Shown: positions 11,076 to 20,359 of the stretch, piece by piece | Layout of the letters: every line of letters starts with the position of its first letter | How positions within the stretch are numbered: the stretch's first letter is position 1 | DNA from: Bacteroidales bacterium | Lineage (GTDB): Bacteria > Bacteroidota > Bacteroidia > Bacteroidales > UBA7960 | DNA: 41,185 nt | Direction of reading: 5' to 3' | Assembly (NCBI GenBank): GCA_007123065.1 | Contig: SKSI01000099.1 | Coordinates: forward strand, 1 to 41,185 | The notes under the pieces: generated by a model | Told to the model about the DNA's origin: nothing | Databases searched by the model: none | Seen by the model: only the letters and a program-made list of their open reading frames with translations | Made by a program: the position numbers and the translations under genes

Positions 11076-11900
11076 TCACATAAAAAACACAAGACTTACT
11101 GCCATAAGAGCCATCCCTCCGGTAAGTCCGTATAAACTCAGATGGGGTTCTCCATACTCGCGTGCAGCCGGTAAAAGATTGTCGATAGAAATAAAGACCA
11201 TAATCCCCGCCACGGAAGCAAATAAAAAACCGAAAACAATTTCGTTCATAAAAGGCATCAGAATGAAAAAACCTATAACAGCGCCAAGAGGTTCTGCCAG
11301 TCCGGACAGAAAAGAATACATGAAAGCTTTTCTTTTGCTCCCGGTTGCGTAATGAATGGGAACTGAAATAGCGATCCCTTCAGGAATATTGTGCAAAGCA
11401 ATGGCAATGGCAATCGGCAACCCAAGCTTGATATCCTGCATCGCTGCGAGAAAGGTTACCAGACCTTCCGGAAAATTATGGATGGTGATCGCCAATGCCG
11501 ACATAACTCCCATACGGTAAAGCCTTTTGTTCTTCATTGCCTCCTGATCGTGTATTTGCTCCACACGTTTCAGCTCATGAGGGTTTTCAAAAGCAGGCAC
11601 AAGCTTGTCGATGATTGCTATCAGCAACATACCCGAGAAAAAAGCAACAACGGTCATCAAGTATCCCGCCTGTATTCCCATCTCTCCGCTTAGAATATCT
11701 TTTGCTTTTGGAAATATCTCAACAAAGGAAAGATAAATCATCACACCGGCTGAAAAACCCAGGGCAATCGACAGGAATTTGGTATTGGTTCTTTTGGCGA
11801 AAAAGGCTATTGCACTGCCAATTCCCGTTGAAAGTCCCGCAAAAAGGGTCAGACCGAAGGCGATCAGGATTTGATTAGTGCTGCCAAAAGCTTCTAGCAT
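11076..11900 (-). CDS. zupT: ZIP family divalent metal (Zn/Fe) transporter ZupT
   Basis: GLSTGIG, GFSAGVM, HNFPEG, HNIPEG and SGLAEPLGA. Confidence 0.93.
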   Translation of the reverse strand: MLEAFGSTNQILIAFGLTLFAGLSTGIGSAIAFFAKRTNTKFLSIALGFSAGVMIYLSFVEIFPKAKDILSGEMGIQAGYLMTVVAFFSGMLLIAIIDKLVPAFENPHELKRVEQIHDQEAMKNKRLYRMGVMSALAITIHNFPEGLVTFLAAMQDIKLGLPIAIAIALHNIPEGIAISVPIHYATGSKRKAFMYSFLSGLAEPLGAVIGFFILMPFMNEIVFGFLFASVAGIMVFISIDNLLPAAREYGEPHLSLYGLTGGMALMAVSLVFFM

Positions 11901-11926
11901 AAGGAATAGTCAATTAGAGCGTTCAA

Positions 11927-12337
11927 TCACGTACGTGCAACAAAATCCTCCAGGGTCTGCTCCTGGAAATATCGCTTGAATTGCATAGTTACATCAGTAA
12001 CCAGTCCATTCATCAGACATTTGTTAAACGGACATATCTGACGATCCAAAGGACATTCGGGTACATCTATTTTACCTTCAATGGCTTCATAAAGCTCTAA
12101 AATGCTGATCTGATCAGGCGGTTTGCTAAGTATAAAGCCACCACTCGGACCTCTCACTGATTTTAAAAAATTATGTTTTACCAGCTGTTGAAGAACTTTA
12201 GCCAGGTGGTTCTTTGATGCACCCATCTCACTGGCGATGCTGTTCACGTTCACGTGAGTTTTAGACTTGGATATCAACACCATGGCATGCAATGCCAGTG
12301 ATGCTGCTTCCGAAAAATGAACAAGTTTAGCCATCAT
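11927..12337 (-). CDS. Rrf2 family transcriptional regulator with three C-terminal Cys
   Basis: HLAKVLQQL, SVRGPSGGF.L, LYEAIEG and CPLDRQICPFNKC (Cx6Cx4C). Confidence 0.92.
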   Translation of the reverse strand: MMAKLVHFSEAASLALHAMVLISKSKTHVNVNSIASEMGASKNHLAKVLQQLVKHNFLKSVRGPSGGFILSKPPDQISILELYEAIEGKIDVPECPLDRQICPFNKCLMNGLVTDVTMQFKRYFQEQTLEDFVART

Positions 12338-12355
12338 TAATTGTTTTTATAATCA

Positions 12356-12607
12356 TCAGAAGACCATTTTTTGGACCTTTACACCATCAAGTGCCCACAG
12401 CTCGTTCTCCAGACGCAAACATTCATCCGGATTGCCTGTAAGTTCCAGCAATATGATCCCGCAATCCTTACATAAATTCGTATCAGGGGTATGCAAACCC
12501 AGTCGCGTCCTGATCGAACAGCCATACTTTGTGAGCACTTCCTGAACCTTACGGGCAGCATCGCCCCTGGTTTGTACATGAACACCTAAAATCCTGATTT
12601 CAGACAT
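12356..12607 (-). CDS. TM1266-like iron-only hydrogenase system regulator (ACT-like), copy 2
   Basis: VQEVLTKYGCSIRTRLGLH...CKDCGIILLEL; adjacent to hydG. Confidence 0.78.
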   Translation of the reverse strand: MSEIRILGVHVQTRGDAARKVQEVLTKYGCSIRTRLGLHTPDTNLCKDCGIILLELTGNPDECLRLENELWALDGVKVQKMVF

Positions 12608-12618
12608 CTTGATATAGT

Positions 12619-12885
12619 TTACTTGAACATATAGTCAAAGGATATTTTTTTTACTTCCACGCCACCGACCTCAGCAAGTTCAGACTCCAGCTGTTGCCAT
12701 TTCTCAGGATCTCCCTGAAGAATAAGTACAATGGTTCCTACCCTGCTACAAACGGTTTCTGAGAGTTCGTGAAAACCAAGCCGGGTTCTGATCACATCCG
12801 CATGTTTGCTTAACACTTCCTGGGTGCGACCGGCCTCTTTGATCCGGTCAAATACCAGTATACCTAAAATGATAGTCTTTTGCAT
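12619..12885 (-). CDS. TM1266-like iron-only hydrogenase system regulator (ACT-like), copy 1
   Basis: QEVLSKHADVIRTRLGFHE...CSRVG; paralogous to the next gene and directly downstream of hydG. Confidence 0.78.
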   Translation of the reverse strand: MQKTIILGILVFDRIKEAGRTQEVLSKHADVIRTRLGFHELSETVCSRVGTIVLILQGDPEKWQQLESELAEVGGVEVKKISFDYMFK

Positions 12886-12896
12886 GGTTCATATCT

Positions 12897-14324
12897 TTAA
12901 AAGTACAAATCCCTTTTACCGGTTTTAATTTGCTCAATTTTCTTTTTAAGGCTTTCGACCCTTTGATCTTTAGCCAAATCGGTGAGTTTTTCGTTTATTA
13001 GGGCATATCCTTTTTCACGGGTATCCCCAGAAGCATAATCTTCAAGGTATTCAGCCATTGTAAGCAGCGCATTAGGCGTACAGTATCGTTTGATGAAACC
13101 CGGAACAGAGAACTCCATAAAATGCTCCCCCGTGCGTCCTAGACGATAACAAGCGGTACAGAAAGAGGGAATATAACCCTTGTTTATCAGTTCATCCATG
13201 ATCTCTGACAATGAACGGTTGTCATTAATCTGAAACTGTCCCTTGCTTAAATCCTGAGTTTCTCTTTTGCCTTTTGAATAACCACCAAGCTCCAGGTTTG
13301 TACCACCGTCGATCTGAGATACACCAAATCTGAGGATCTGGTCCCTCGTATGCGCAGGTTCACGAGCGGTAAGGATCATGCCTGTATAAGGAACAGCGAG
13401 ACGCAAAACAGAAACCAGACGGATGAATTCTTCATCAGAAACCAGGTGGTCTTTTGAAATATCAAGTGATAGAGCGTTCTGGATCCTGGGAAAAGAGATT
13501 GTATGAGGACCTACGTTATAGACTGCTTCAAAGTGGTTCACGTGCCTGACCAGCCCCATCACCTCAAATCGCCAGTCGTACAAACCAAACAAGGCACCGA
13601 TTCCCACATCATCTATCCCCGCCTCCTGGGCTCTGTCAAGCGATGTAAGGCGCCATTCATAATTGCGTTTCAGACCTCCCAGATGCACTTTCTCATAGGT
13701 TGGCTTATGATAGGTTTCCTGGAAAATCTGGTATGTACCGATGCCTGCATCCTTCACCTTCCGGAAGCCAGGAATGTCAAAAGGAGCGGCATTGATATTT
13801 ACCCTCCTGATCTCTCCGTTGCCATGCTTCACCCCATAAACTACCCTGACCGTTTCTGCAATGAAGTCAGCCGAATACTTGGGATGTTCTCCATAAACCA
13901 GAATGAGACGCTTGTGCCCCTGATCAACAAGAGCAGTGGCTTCTACCTTTAATTCATCGGTATTCAGGGTGATTCTTTTGACATCTTTGTTGGTAGACCT
14001 GAAACCACAGTACTGACAGTTATTGGTACACAAATCACCCACATAAAGCGGGGCAAACAACACAATGCGTTCTCCGTAAACCCGTTCCTTGAGAGTTCTT
14101 GCGCCATCCTTGATCTCCTCTATCAGCTCCGGATCAGTAGCATTCAGCAACACCGCAGTTTCTTCCAATGAAAGCCTTTTTTTATCCAATGAAGCCTGGA
14201 TCACTTCGCGCACCCTGATCTTGTCAGCCTTTACATGATTGATGTAATCCCAGATCTCATCAGCATCAATAAACGGCTGCATCCTTTTATCCGGAATACG
14301 ATATTTTTCAGGAGAATAAATCAT
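12897..14324 (-). CDS. hydG: [FeFe]-hydrogenase H-cluster radical SAM maturase HydG
   Basis: LFAPLY, CTNNCQYC (radical SAM), FQETYH, GPHTISFPR and the auxiliary-cluster motif PSFCTACYR...CTPNA. Confidence 0.96.
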   Translation of the reverse strand: MIYSPEKYRIPDKRMQPFIDADEIWDYINHVKADKIRVREVIQASLDKKRLSLEETAVLLNATDPELIEEIKDGARTLKERVYGERIVLFAPLYVGDLCTNNCQYCGFRSTNKDVKRITLNTDELKVEATALVDQGHKRLILVYGEHPKYSADFIAETVRVVYGVKHGNGEIRRVNINAAPFDIPGFRKVKDAGIGTYQIFQETYHKPTYEKVHLGGLKRNYEWRLTSLDRAQEAGIDDVGIGALFGLYDWRFEVMGLVRHVNHFEAVYNVGPHTISFPRIQNALSLDISKDHLVSDEEFIRLVSVLRLAVPYTGMILTAREPAHTRDQILRFGVSQIDGGTNLELGGYSKGKRETQDLSKGQFQINDNRSLSEIMDELINKGYIPSFCTACYRLGRTGEHFMEFSVPGFIKRYCTPNALLTMAEYLEDYASGDTREKGYALINEKLTDLAKDQRVESLKKKIEQIKTGKRDLYF

Positions 14325-14350
14325 TATTCAGGTATTTGCTATATTTTTTA

Positions 14351-14358
14351 CAAAATTA
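14351..14358 (-). promoter_or_regulatory. Internal Bacteroidetes -7 promoter element (TAATTTTG) for hydG-TM1266x2-rrf2-zupT
   Basis: Matches TAnnTTTG, 27 bp upstream of the hydG ATG. Confidence 0.55.
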
Positions 14359-14369
14359 GCAAAACTTTC

Positions 14370-15158
14370 TCACACATGCACCTTTAATCCGTCAAAAGCG
14401 AGAAATACGTTCTCAGGCAAACCGGCCTGTATACTTTCGTGCAGGCCCATGAAATGGCTCAGATGGGTAATGTAGGCAGTCTCCGGTTTTAGTTCCCTGA
14501 TGATATCCAAAGCTTCATCCAATGAGAAATGGGAAATATGGGGAGATTTTCTCAGTGCGTTGATAACCAAAACCCTGGAGCCGATAATTTTTTTCTTTTC
14601 CTCATCAGAGATAAAGCTGGCATCTGTGATGTAGGTAAAGTCATTCATGCGAAACCCGAAAACGGGTAATTTATGGTGCAGCACTTCAATGGGAGTGAAT
14701 TCAAAGCCATTAATTCCAAAGGGTTTATTTTCAATCACATGAAATTGCAATTGAGGCGCGCCAAAAAATCTCTTTTCCGTAAGGATATAAGGAAACTCTT
14801 TATTGACGGAGTCGATCACTTTTTCAGTGGCATAAATGTCAACAGTTTTATTCAGCACATAATTGAAGGCACGCACATCGTCGAGACCTGCAATATGGTC
14901 GCGGTGCCCGTGTGTAAACAGAATGGCTGATATATCCTCAACCTTTTCCCGAATCATTTGATAACGGAAATCGGGTCCGCAATCAATCACGAAATTGTCG
15001 TCCCCGACCTGAATCATCACCGAAGTACGCAGTCGCTGATCACGCGCATCTGCACTCTTACAAACCTTGCAGTCGCAAGCCACAACCGGCACGCCGGTTG
15101 AAGTTCCGGTGCCGAGAAAGGTGATGGTGATCGGTTTCTTATTTGTCATGGGATCCAT
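14370..15158 (-). CDS. Metallo-beta-lactamase fold hydrolase, PhnP-like
   Basis: FLGTGTSTGVP, DCGPDFR, THGHRDHIAGLDD, YITD and THLSH. Confidence 0.9.
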   Translation of the reverse strand: MDPMTNKKPITITFLGTGTSTGVPVVACDCKVCKSADARDQRLRTSVMIQVGDDNFVIDCGPDFRYQMIREKVEDISAILFTHGHRDHIAGLDDVRAFNYVLNKTVDIYATEKVIDSVNKEFPYILTEKRFFGAPQLQFHVIENKPFGINGFEFTPIEVLHHKLPVFGFRMNDFTYITDASFISDEEKKKIIGSRVLVINALRKSPHISHFSLDEALDIIRELKPETAYITHLSHFMGLHESIQAGLPENVFLAFDGLKVHV

Positions 15159-15169
15159 GTGCTCATTGT

Positions 15170-16090
15170 TTAATAAATCAGGTCTTCAACCATTTCGCGT
15201 GCTTCTTCCAAAACCTGGTCTGCCATCACTCCATTACCAAATGGGTTGCCAGACCAAACCAGTTTATAAAGATATAGTGTGCCTTCCTTTCCGTGGGGAT
15301 CGACCTTGTCATAAATCAACTGGTTCAGCAGTTTTTTGTTACCGAGATCGTCTTGCAGAATAAAACTCATGGCTTTCAAACAGCTGCCATCAACAAAAAG
15401 ATTGCCGGCATAGATGCCTGTAGGGGGAATCAGCTTCTCTACGGTAGTAATTTCAATACCCACGGGCGGTTCTCTGAAGCTGTCGTGGATTTGTCCATCG
15501 GCATACAGCGAGCCTTTTACAATGTATTGGTGATCAAGATATGCATTGGCCCTTTGTATGTTGCCATCCTTGAGTGCTTTTCGGATTTTTGTTGAGCTTA
15601 CTGTTTCATTCTCGATCAGTTTCAATGGTATCTCCTCCACCTTAAAGTCCATATCCCGGCTTAAACCGTGCAAATAGGAATAATCTCCTTCTCTGGCGTG
15701 ACCAAAATGGTGGTTATGTCCAACTACCACAACTTTTGCCATAAGATCACCAATCAGCATAGTTGTTACAAAATCGCGGGAGCTGGTTTTGCTGAATTCA
15801 AGCGTAAAAGGGATGATTATCAGGTTATCCAGCCCCGCTTTACGCAGTAGCTCAATTTTTTCATCTTGCGAATTAATCAATTTCAGATCTTTTTGATCAG
15901 GGTAGAGAACTTTGCGTGGATGCGGATCAAAGGTGATCAAAACCGACTCGCCATCAATTTCATCAGCAATTTCATTCAAACGGTTGATGATCAATTTATG
16001 TCCGATATGCACCCCGTCAAAGGAGCCGGTTGTAACAACTGCATTTTTAATCTTACCGGCAGCTTCGGCAGTGTGATGGTATACATTCAT
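15170..16090 (-). CDS. FAD synthetase (FMN adenylyltransferase), RibF-like, with a degenerate riboflavin-kinase domain
   Basis: N-terminal GSFDGVHIGH, TFDPHPR, VVGHNHHFG and VSSTKIR are intact. The C-terminal half lacks GRxxGFPTAN and the catalytic Glu motif, retaining only LIPPTGIYA. Confidence 0.85.
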   Translation of the reverse strand: MNVYHHTAEAAGKIKNAVVTTGSFDGVHIGHKLIINRLNEIADEIDGESVLITFDPHPRKVLYPDQKDLKLINSQDEKIELLRKAGLDNLIIIPFTLEFSKTSSRDFVTTMLIGDLMAKVVVVGHNHHFGHAREGDYSYLHGLSRDMDFKVEEIPLKLIENETVSSTKIRKALKDGNIQRANAYLDHQYIVKGSLYADGQIHDSFREPPVGIEITTVEKLIPPTGIYAGNLFVDGSCLKAMSFILQDDLGNKKLLNQLIYDKVDPHGKEGTLYLYKLVWSGNPFGNGVMADQVLEEAREMVEDLIY

Positions 16091-16119
16091 AATTGAAATT
16101 TTTTCTTTTTCGCAGGATT

Positions 16120-16752
16120 CTATTTTGATTTCACAAGGTATGCCAGTTTTTCAAGGGAGGTGATGATATCATATTCTTCGAGATAAATATCATCCGGGAC
16201 AGTCAGCGGAACAGATGTATAATTTAAAAGGCCTTTGATGCCGCAATCCAAAAGGTGTTTTGCTACTTCATGAGCAGCTTCAGGTGAAACAGTCAGTATG
16301 GCAATGGGAGATTGTTCTTCTTCAATTACGGATTGAACGTCTTTGATGTGATGGCAAGGGATCCCTGCTATGATCCGGTCTGTTTTTTGCGGGTCATTAT
16401 CAAAAGCTGCTACAATGCTCAGCTTATCCCGCTTACCGGAAAAATAGCTTGTAATGGCTCTTCCAAGGTTTCCCATCCCGACGATGATTACTTTTTGCCC
16501 ATCACTGCTGTCTATAATTTTCCCTATCAGGGCAACAAGATCTTTAATGACATAGCCTTTGCTCTGACTTCCTGAATAACCGATCAACATCAGATCCCGC
16601 CGAACCTGAACCGGCGTAAGGTTCATCATTCGGGCAAGCTCGTGCGAATAAATATTGGTTTTTCCTTCCCGTATGCTGTTGTATAAAATCCGCCGGTATT
16701 GACTAAGGCGTTCAATTGTTTTACCTGGAAGCTCTGACAATTTTTCTTTCAT
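16120..16752 (-). CDS. rex: Redox-sensing transcriptional repressor Rex
   Basis: TIERLSQY, SHELA, QVRRDL, Rossmann motif IVGMGNLGRA and AAFD. Confidence 0.93.
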   Translation of the reverse strand: MKEKLSELPGKTIERLSQYRRILYNSIREGKTNIYSHELARMMNLTPVQVRRDLMLIGYSGSQSKGYVIKDLVALIGKIIDSSDGQKVIIVGMGNLGRAITSYFSGKRDKLSIVAAFDNDPQKTDRIIAGIPCHHIKDVQSVIEEEQSPIAILTVSPEAAHEVAKHLLDCGIKGLLNYTSVPLTVPDDIYLEEYDIITSLEKLAYLVKSK

Positions 16753-16778
16753 ATTTATGATTTGAAATGGTTGCTATT

Positions 16779-17900
16779 TTATGTAATTGGAAACTGAACG
16801 GTAAAACAGCTACCCTCGTTGGGCATGCTATCAACATTGATGCTCGCACCATATAACTCAAGAAGCTTTTTAACGATGGAAAGGCCCAGTCCGGTACCCG
16901 TGATGTGTTTGGTCTGTTCACTTTTAATGCGAACAAAATCTTCAAACAAAGATTTAATATCCTCTTCTTCCATACCGATTCCTGTATCCTGAACCTCTAT
17001 CAGGGTGCCGGAATTCTTACGTTTGAGGTTCACATCTACCCTGCCGCCTTGTTTGTTGTATTTAATAGCATTTGATATCAGATTATTCATAATGATCTCC
17101 ATCTCCTGCCTGTCAGCTTCCATAGATACCTTTTCGCCACAGTTCAGATAGACATCCACATCTTTTTGTATTGCCAGGGGTTGAAATGCATCGATGCATT
17201 GTTGTGCCAGTTCACAAAGCAACACCGGTTCCATCTTTCTTTTTTTCTTTCCTGATTCAATGCGTGTGATATCAAGCAAGTCAAGGATCAGGTTACGCAT
17301 ACCCTGAAGTCGGTGCATCGAGCGGTCGATGATATCCTGGTATTCGTGCAGGGAATCTCCCATTTTGCGATCCTGCATGAGCTGTAAATAACCTTCAACG
17401 GCATTCAATGGTGCCTTCAGTTCGTGAGAGAGTACCGACAGAAACTGAAAACGCACCTGACGTCCTTCCACATTTAGTTTCTGTGTCATCCTGCGCAGAA
17501 AAAGCTGCTTGGTGATCGTTTCGATGGAAGCCCTCAGTTCTTTGGGTGTAAAAGGCTTAGGGACAAAATCGTACGCACCCTGTTTGGTTGCTTTTACAGC
17601 CAGTTCGAGTGATGCATAAGAAGTGATCATCACCACAACAACATCCAGGTTGTTGTTATTAATAAACTCCAAAACATCAATACCTTGAATACCAGGAAGT
17701 TTATTATCCAGCAAAATGATGTCCAGATCGTTTTTTCGAAGAATTTCAAGAGCCTCCTCTCCTGTTTCAACGGCCTGGACATCAAACCCGAAATCTTCAT
17801 CCATAAAGGGATAGCTTACAGAATAGTTATCAAGTATCCTGCAAACTCCCATACGGATACCGGGTTCATCATCCACCACGAGGAGCTTTAGCTTTTCCAT
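16779..17900 (-). CDS. Hybrid receiver-histidine kinase (REC-HisKA-HATPase), cytoplasmic
   Basis: VVDDE, ILLD, MITS and KPF in REC; SHELKAPL H-box; NLISNAIKY, DTGIG and GTGLGL. Confidence 0.92.
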   Translation of the reverse strand: MEKLKLLVVDDEPGIRMGVCRILDNYSVSYPFMDEDFGFDVQAVETGEEALEILRKNDLDIILLDNKLPGIQGIDVLEFINNNNLDVVVVMITSYASLELAVKATKQGAYDFVPKPFTPKELRASIETITKQLFLRRMTQKLNVEGRQVRFQFLSVLSHELKAPLNAVEGYLQLMQDRKMGDSLHEYQDIIDRSMHRLQGMRNLILDLLDITRIESGKKKRKMEPVLLCELAQQCIDAFQPLAIQKDVDVYLNCGEKVSMEADRQEMEIIMNNLISNAIKYNKQGGRVDVNLKRKNSGTLIEVQDTGIGMEEEDIKSLFEDFVRIKSEQTKHITGTGLGLSIVKKLLELYGASINVDSMPNEGSCFTVQFPIT

Positions 17901-17903
17901 GGA

Positions 17904-18302
17904 TCAGATTTTTAACAATTTATGGATCTCTTTTTGCAACTGGTCGTTACGTATCCCTTTATCAAGAAACAGTTCCGCCTTAATCCAGTCGCGCTCCTCC
18001 TCGGTGGTGACGTCAAACAACATACCCGTTTCTGCAGTAACGGCAGAAGCAATGATAACAGGAACATCCGGGTATTTATTCTTAATAATATGGCAAAGAA
18101 TAAAGCCGGTATCTTGCTGTTCCATCATCAGATCCAGAATGGCCAGATCCGGTTTTGTCTTTTCGATGATGGTTTCTGCTTCTTTTAGGGTATCGGCAGT
18201 TATCACTTCAAAACCCATATCCTCAATGGCTATTTTAAGCTGAAACAGATAATCGGTATCATCATCAACGATCAAAATCATTTTTTTTTCTTTTTTCAAC
18301 AT
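17904..18302 (-). CDS. Single-domain response regulator (receiver only)
   Basis: LIVDDD, LAILDLMME (phospho-Asp) and FLDK; no output domain. Confidence 0.9.
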   Translation of the reverse strand: MLKKEKKMILIVDDDTDYLFQLKIAIEDMGFEVITADTLKEAETIIEKTKPDLAILDLMMEQQDTGFILCHIIKNKYPDVPVIIASAVTAETGMLFDVTTEEERDWIKAELFLDKGIRNDQLQKEIHKLLKI

Positions 18303-18314
18303 ACCTGGTGGCTT

Positions 18315-20345
18315 TTATTGCTGTTTTTCTTCTTTTGATTTTCGGGGTAGTTTCAGAATGAAAGTAGTTCCGGTCGCACCATCATTGGGATCAGCATTGG
18401 ATTCCACTTTAATGCTGCCGCTGTGCATCTTGATGATGCCATAAATGATCGGTAGCCCGAGTCCTGTACCTTTACCATTTTCTTTTGTTGTGAAAAATGG
18501 TTCAAACATCCTTTCCAGATTCTCTTTGGGAATGCCAATTCCGGTATCGCAAATGCGAATTTCCATGGCACCTTCCGTTAAAATTTCTCCAACCTTAATA
18601 GTCAACGTGCCCCCATCGGGCATGGCATCAATTGCATTTTTAAACAGATTGGAGAATACCTGTACCATTTGATCCTGGTCGCATTCCAGCACCGGATCCT
18701 GACTGTTGATCTCGACATTAAGCCCAACGTTTTCAGGAATTACAAAGGTCTTTAATCCATTGTTGATTAGTTTCTTAACATTCACTTCTTCGATACTTAC
18801 CTTACTCTTGCGTGCAAAGTTCAGAAGGCCTCCCACAATTTTCTTGCACCTGTCTGCCTGTTCCACAATCATCTTTAGATCCCTGTAGAGCGGGGAGGAT
18901 GGATCCATTTCATCAAGCAAAATATGGCTGTACATGATCACAACTCCCAAAGGGTTGTTAACCTCATGAGCAATACCAGCAGCAAGTTGCCCCATTGATG
19001 CAAGTTTTTCGCTTTGTTTCAGGGCGGCCTGTGTAGACGCCAGCTTTAGATTTGACACATCCAGCTCCTTGATATATTCGTGCAACTGATCAATCGTGTA
19101 GGGCAAACACATTTCCGATTCCGCCAGGCCTTGCAGAATCGCTATGGCGTGCTCGTAGCAAGTATCATAACCACAAGCGCCGCAATTAAGCTCATCCTCC
19201 TGTTCTCTTTTTCCCAATCTGGCCAACACCTCTCTGATCTCTTCATCGCGCGGAGGGCTTGGAAAACGCTGATCACTGGCCTTAAAACCGCGTCCGAGTT
19301 CGAGCTCCAGATAAGTAGACAAATCCTTTTGCCATTGTTCCAGGTCAATCCTGTCATATTTCCGCTTGGCAAAATTCGATATGTTTTTTCGCTTGTAGAA
19401 GAACTGACGGCTATGGCTCATTCCCGGACCATTGATACAGCCGTTGCAGCATAGCAGGTCAAACATCTTGGCCTCCAGGTAACCTTCTTCAAATTCACGC
19501 AACACTTCTATGATGTCGCGGCGCCCTTCTGCCACAATGATGTCCCCTTTCACAAAATCCTCCTCCAAATCGACAGTCTGCAACATCCCACCACTTATTG
19601 GAAAAATTGCACCTTTCCCTGCCAATGGGGGATCAAACTCTGAAGGTTCCACGTTGTGTTCGGTAAGTTTCTTTTCAGCGAACATCCGTCTAAGCTCAAC
19701 GAAGGAGATTACTTCATCAATCAGGCCTTCAAATTGCTCTTCTGCCGCTTCCACTTTCTTTGCGATACAGGGACCGATAAAAACCACCCGGGTATTCTGA
19801 CCATATTTTTGCTTAACCACCTTAGCTGTAGCGATCATTGGAGACACAACCGGAACGAGTGAATCAATGATCTGTGGATGGTGTTTTTCTACGTAGCTTA
19901 CAATGGCCGGACAGCTTGTTGAGATCAGCGGACGGTTTGGTTTTGACTCAAGCAGTTCCTTGTATCTGTTAGCGATCAGCTCGGCACCAAAGGCCACTTC
20001 AGTAACATAATCAAAGCCCAGAGCACGTATCATGCCGACAAAATGCCTGTAATCGTTAATATCGGTAAATTCACCGGCTATGCTTGGGGCAATAATAGCA
20101 GCTACCGGCGCATGTTCGTGCAAAAGCTTTTTTACTTTATCAATTGAAAATGCAAACATTTTGGCATCACGACTGCACACGCGAATGCAGTTTCCACAAG
20201 CGATGCACCTGGAAGGAATGATCTCCGCCTGGCCGTTCGCGATCTTGATCGCTTTTGCGGGACACTCACGCACGCAGGTATAGCATACCTTGCAACGGTC
20301 CTTAACCGTATAGATGATCTCTGCATTTTTGTGACTTTCGGCCAT
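18315..20345 (-). CDS. Group C (sensory) [FeFe]-hydrogenase fused to a histidine kinase
   Basis: 2x[4Fe-4S] ([22 protein letters not shown]); H-cluster P1 STSCPA, P2 [10 protein letters not shown]3 [10 protein letters not shown]; FeS domain CGACGYDTC...C; His[14 protein letters not shown]; HATPase [19 protein letters not shown] and GTGLGL. Confidence 0.9.
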   Translation of the reverse strand: MAESHKNAEIIYTVKDRCKVCYTCVRECPAKAIKIANGQAEIIPSRCIACGNCIRVCSRDAKMFAFSIDKVKKLLHEHAPVAAIIAPSIAGEFTDINDYRHFVGMIRALGFDYVTEVAFGAELIANRYKELLESKPNRPLISTSCPAIVSYVEKHHPQIIDSLVPVVSPMIATAKVVKQKYGQNTRVVFIGPCIAKKVEAAEEQFEGLIDEVISFVELRRMFAEKKLTEHNVEPSEFDPPLAGKGAIFPISGGMLQTVDLEEDFVKGDIIVAEGRRDIIEVLREFEEGYLEAKMFDLLCCNGCINGPGMSHSRQFFYKRKNISNFAKRKYDRIDLEQWQKDLSTYLELELGRGFKASDQRFPSPPRDEEIREVLARLGKREQEDELNCGACGYDTCYEHAIAILQGLAESEMCLPYTIDQLHEYIKELDVSNLKLASTQAALKQSEKLASMGQLAAGIAHEVNNPLGVVIMYSHILLDEMDPSSPLYRDLKMIVEQADRCKKIVGGLLNFARKSKVSIEEVNVKKLINNGLKTFVIPENVGLNVEINSQDPVLECDQDQMVQVFSNLFKNAIDAMPDGGTLTIKVGEILTEGAMEIRICDTGIGIPKENLERMFEPFFTTKENGKGTGLGLPIIYGIIKMHSGSIKVESNADPNDGATGTTFILKLPRKSKEEKQQ

Positions 20346-20359
20346 AAGGTTTCAATCGT

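Noticed and set aside
12897-14324. Annotation as ThiH
   Set aside because: The C-terminal CTAC...C auxiliary-cluster motif and hydrogenase context indicate HydG.
18281-18296. Poly-A runs at the receiver gene start as a phase-variation switch
   Set aside because: Such runs are common in this AT-rich genome, and an in-frame Met right after the run would rescue translation.
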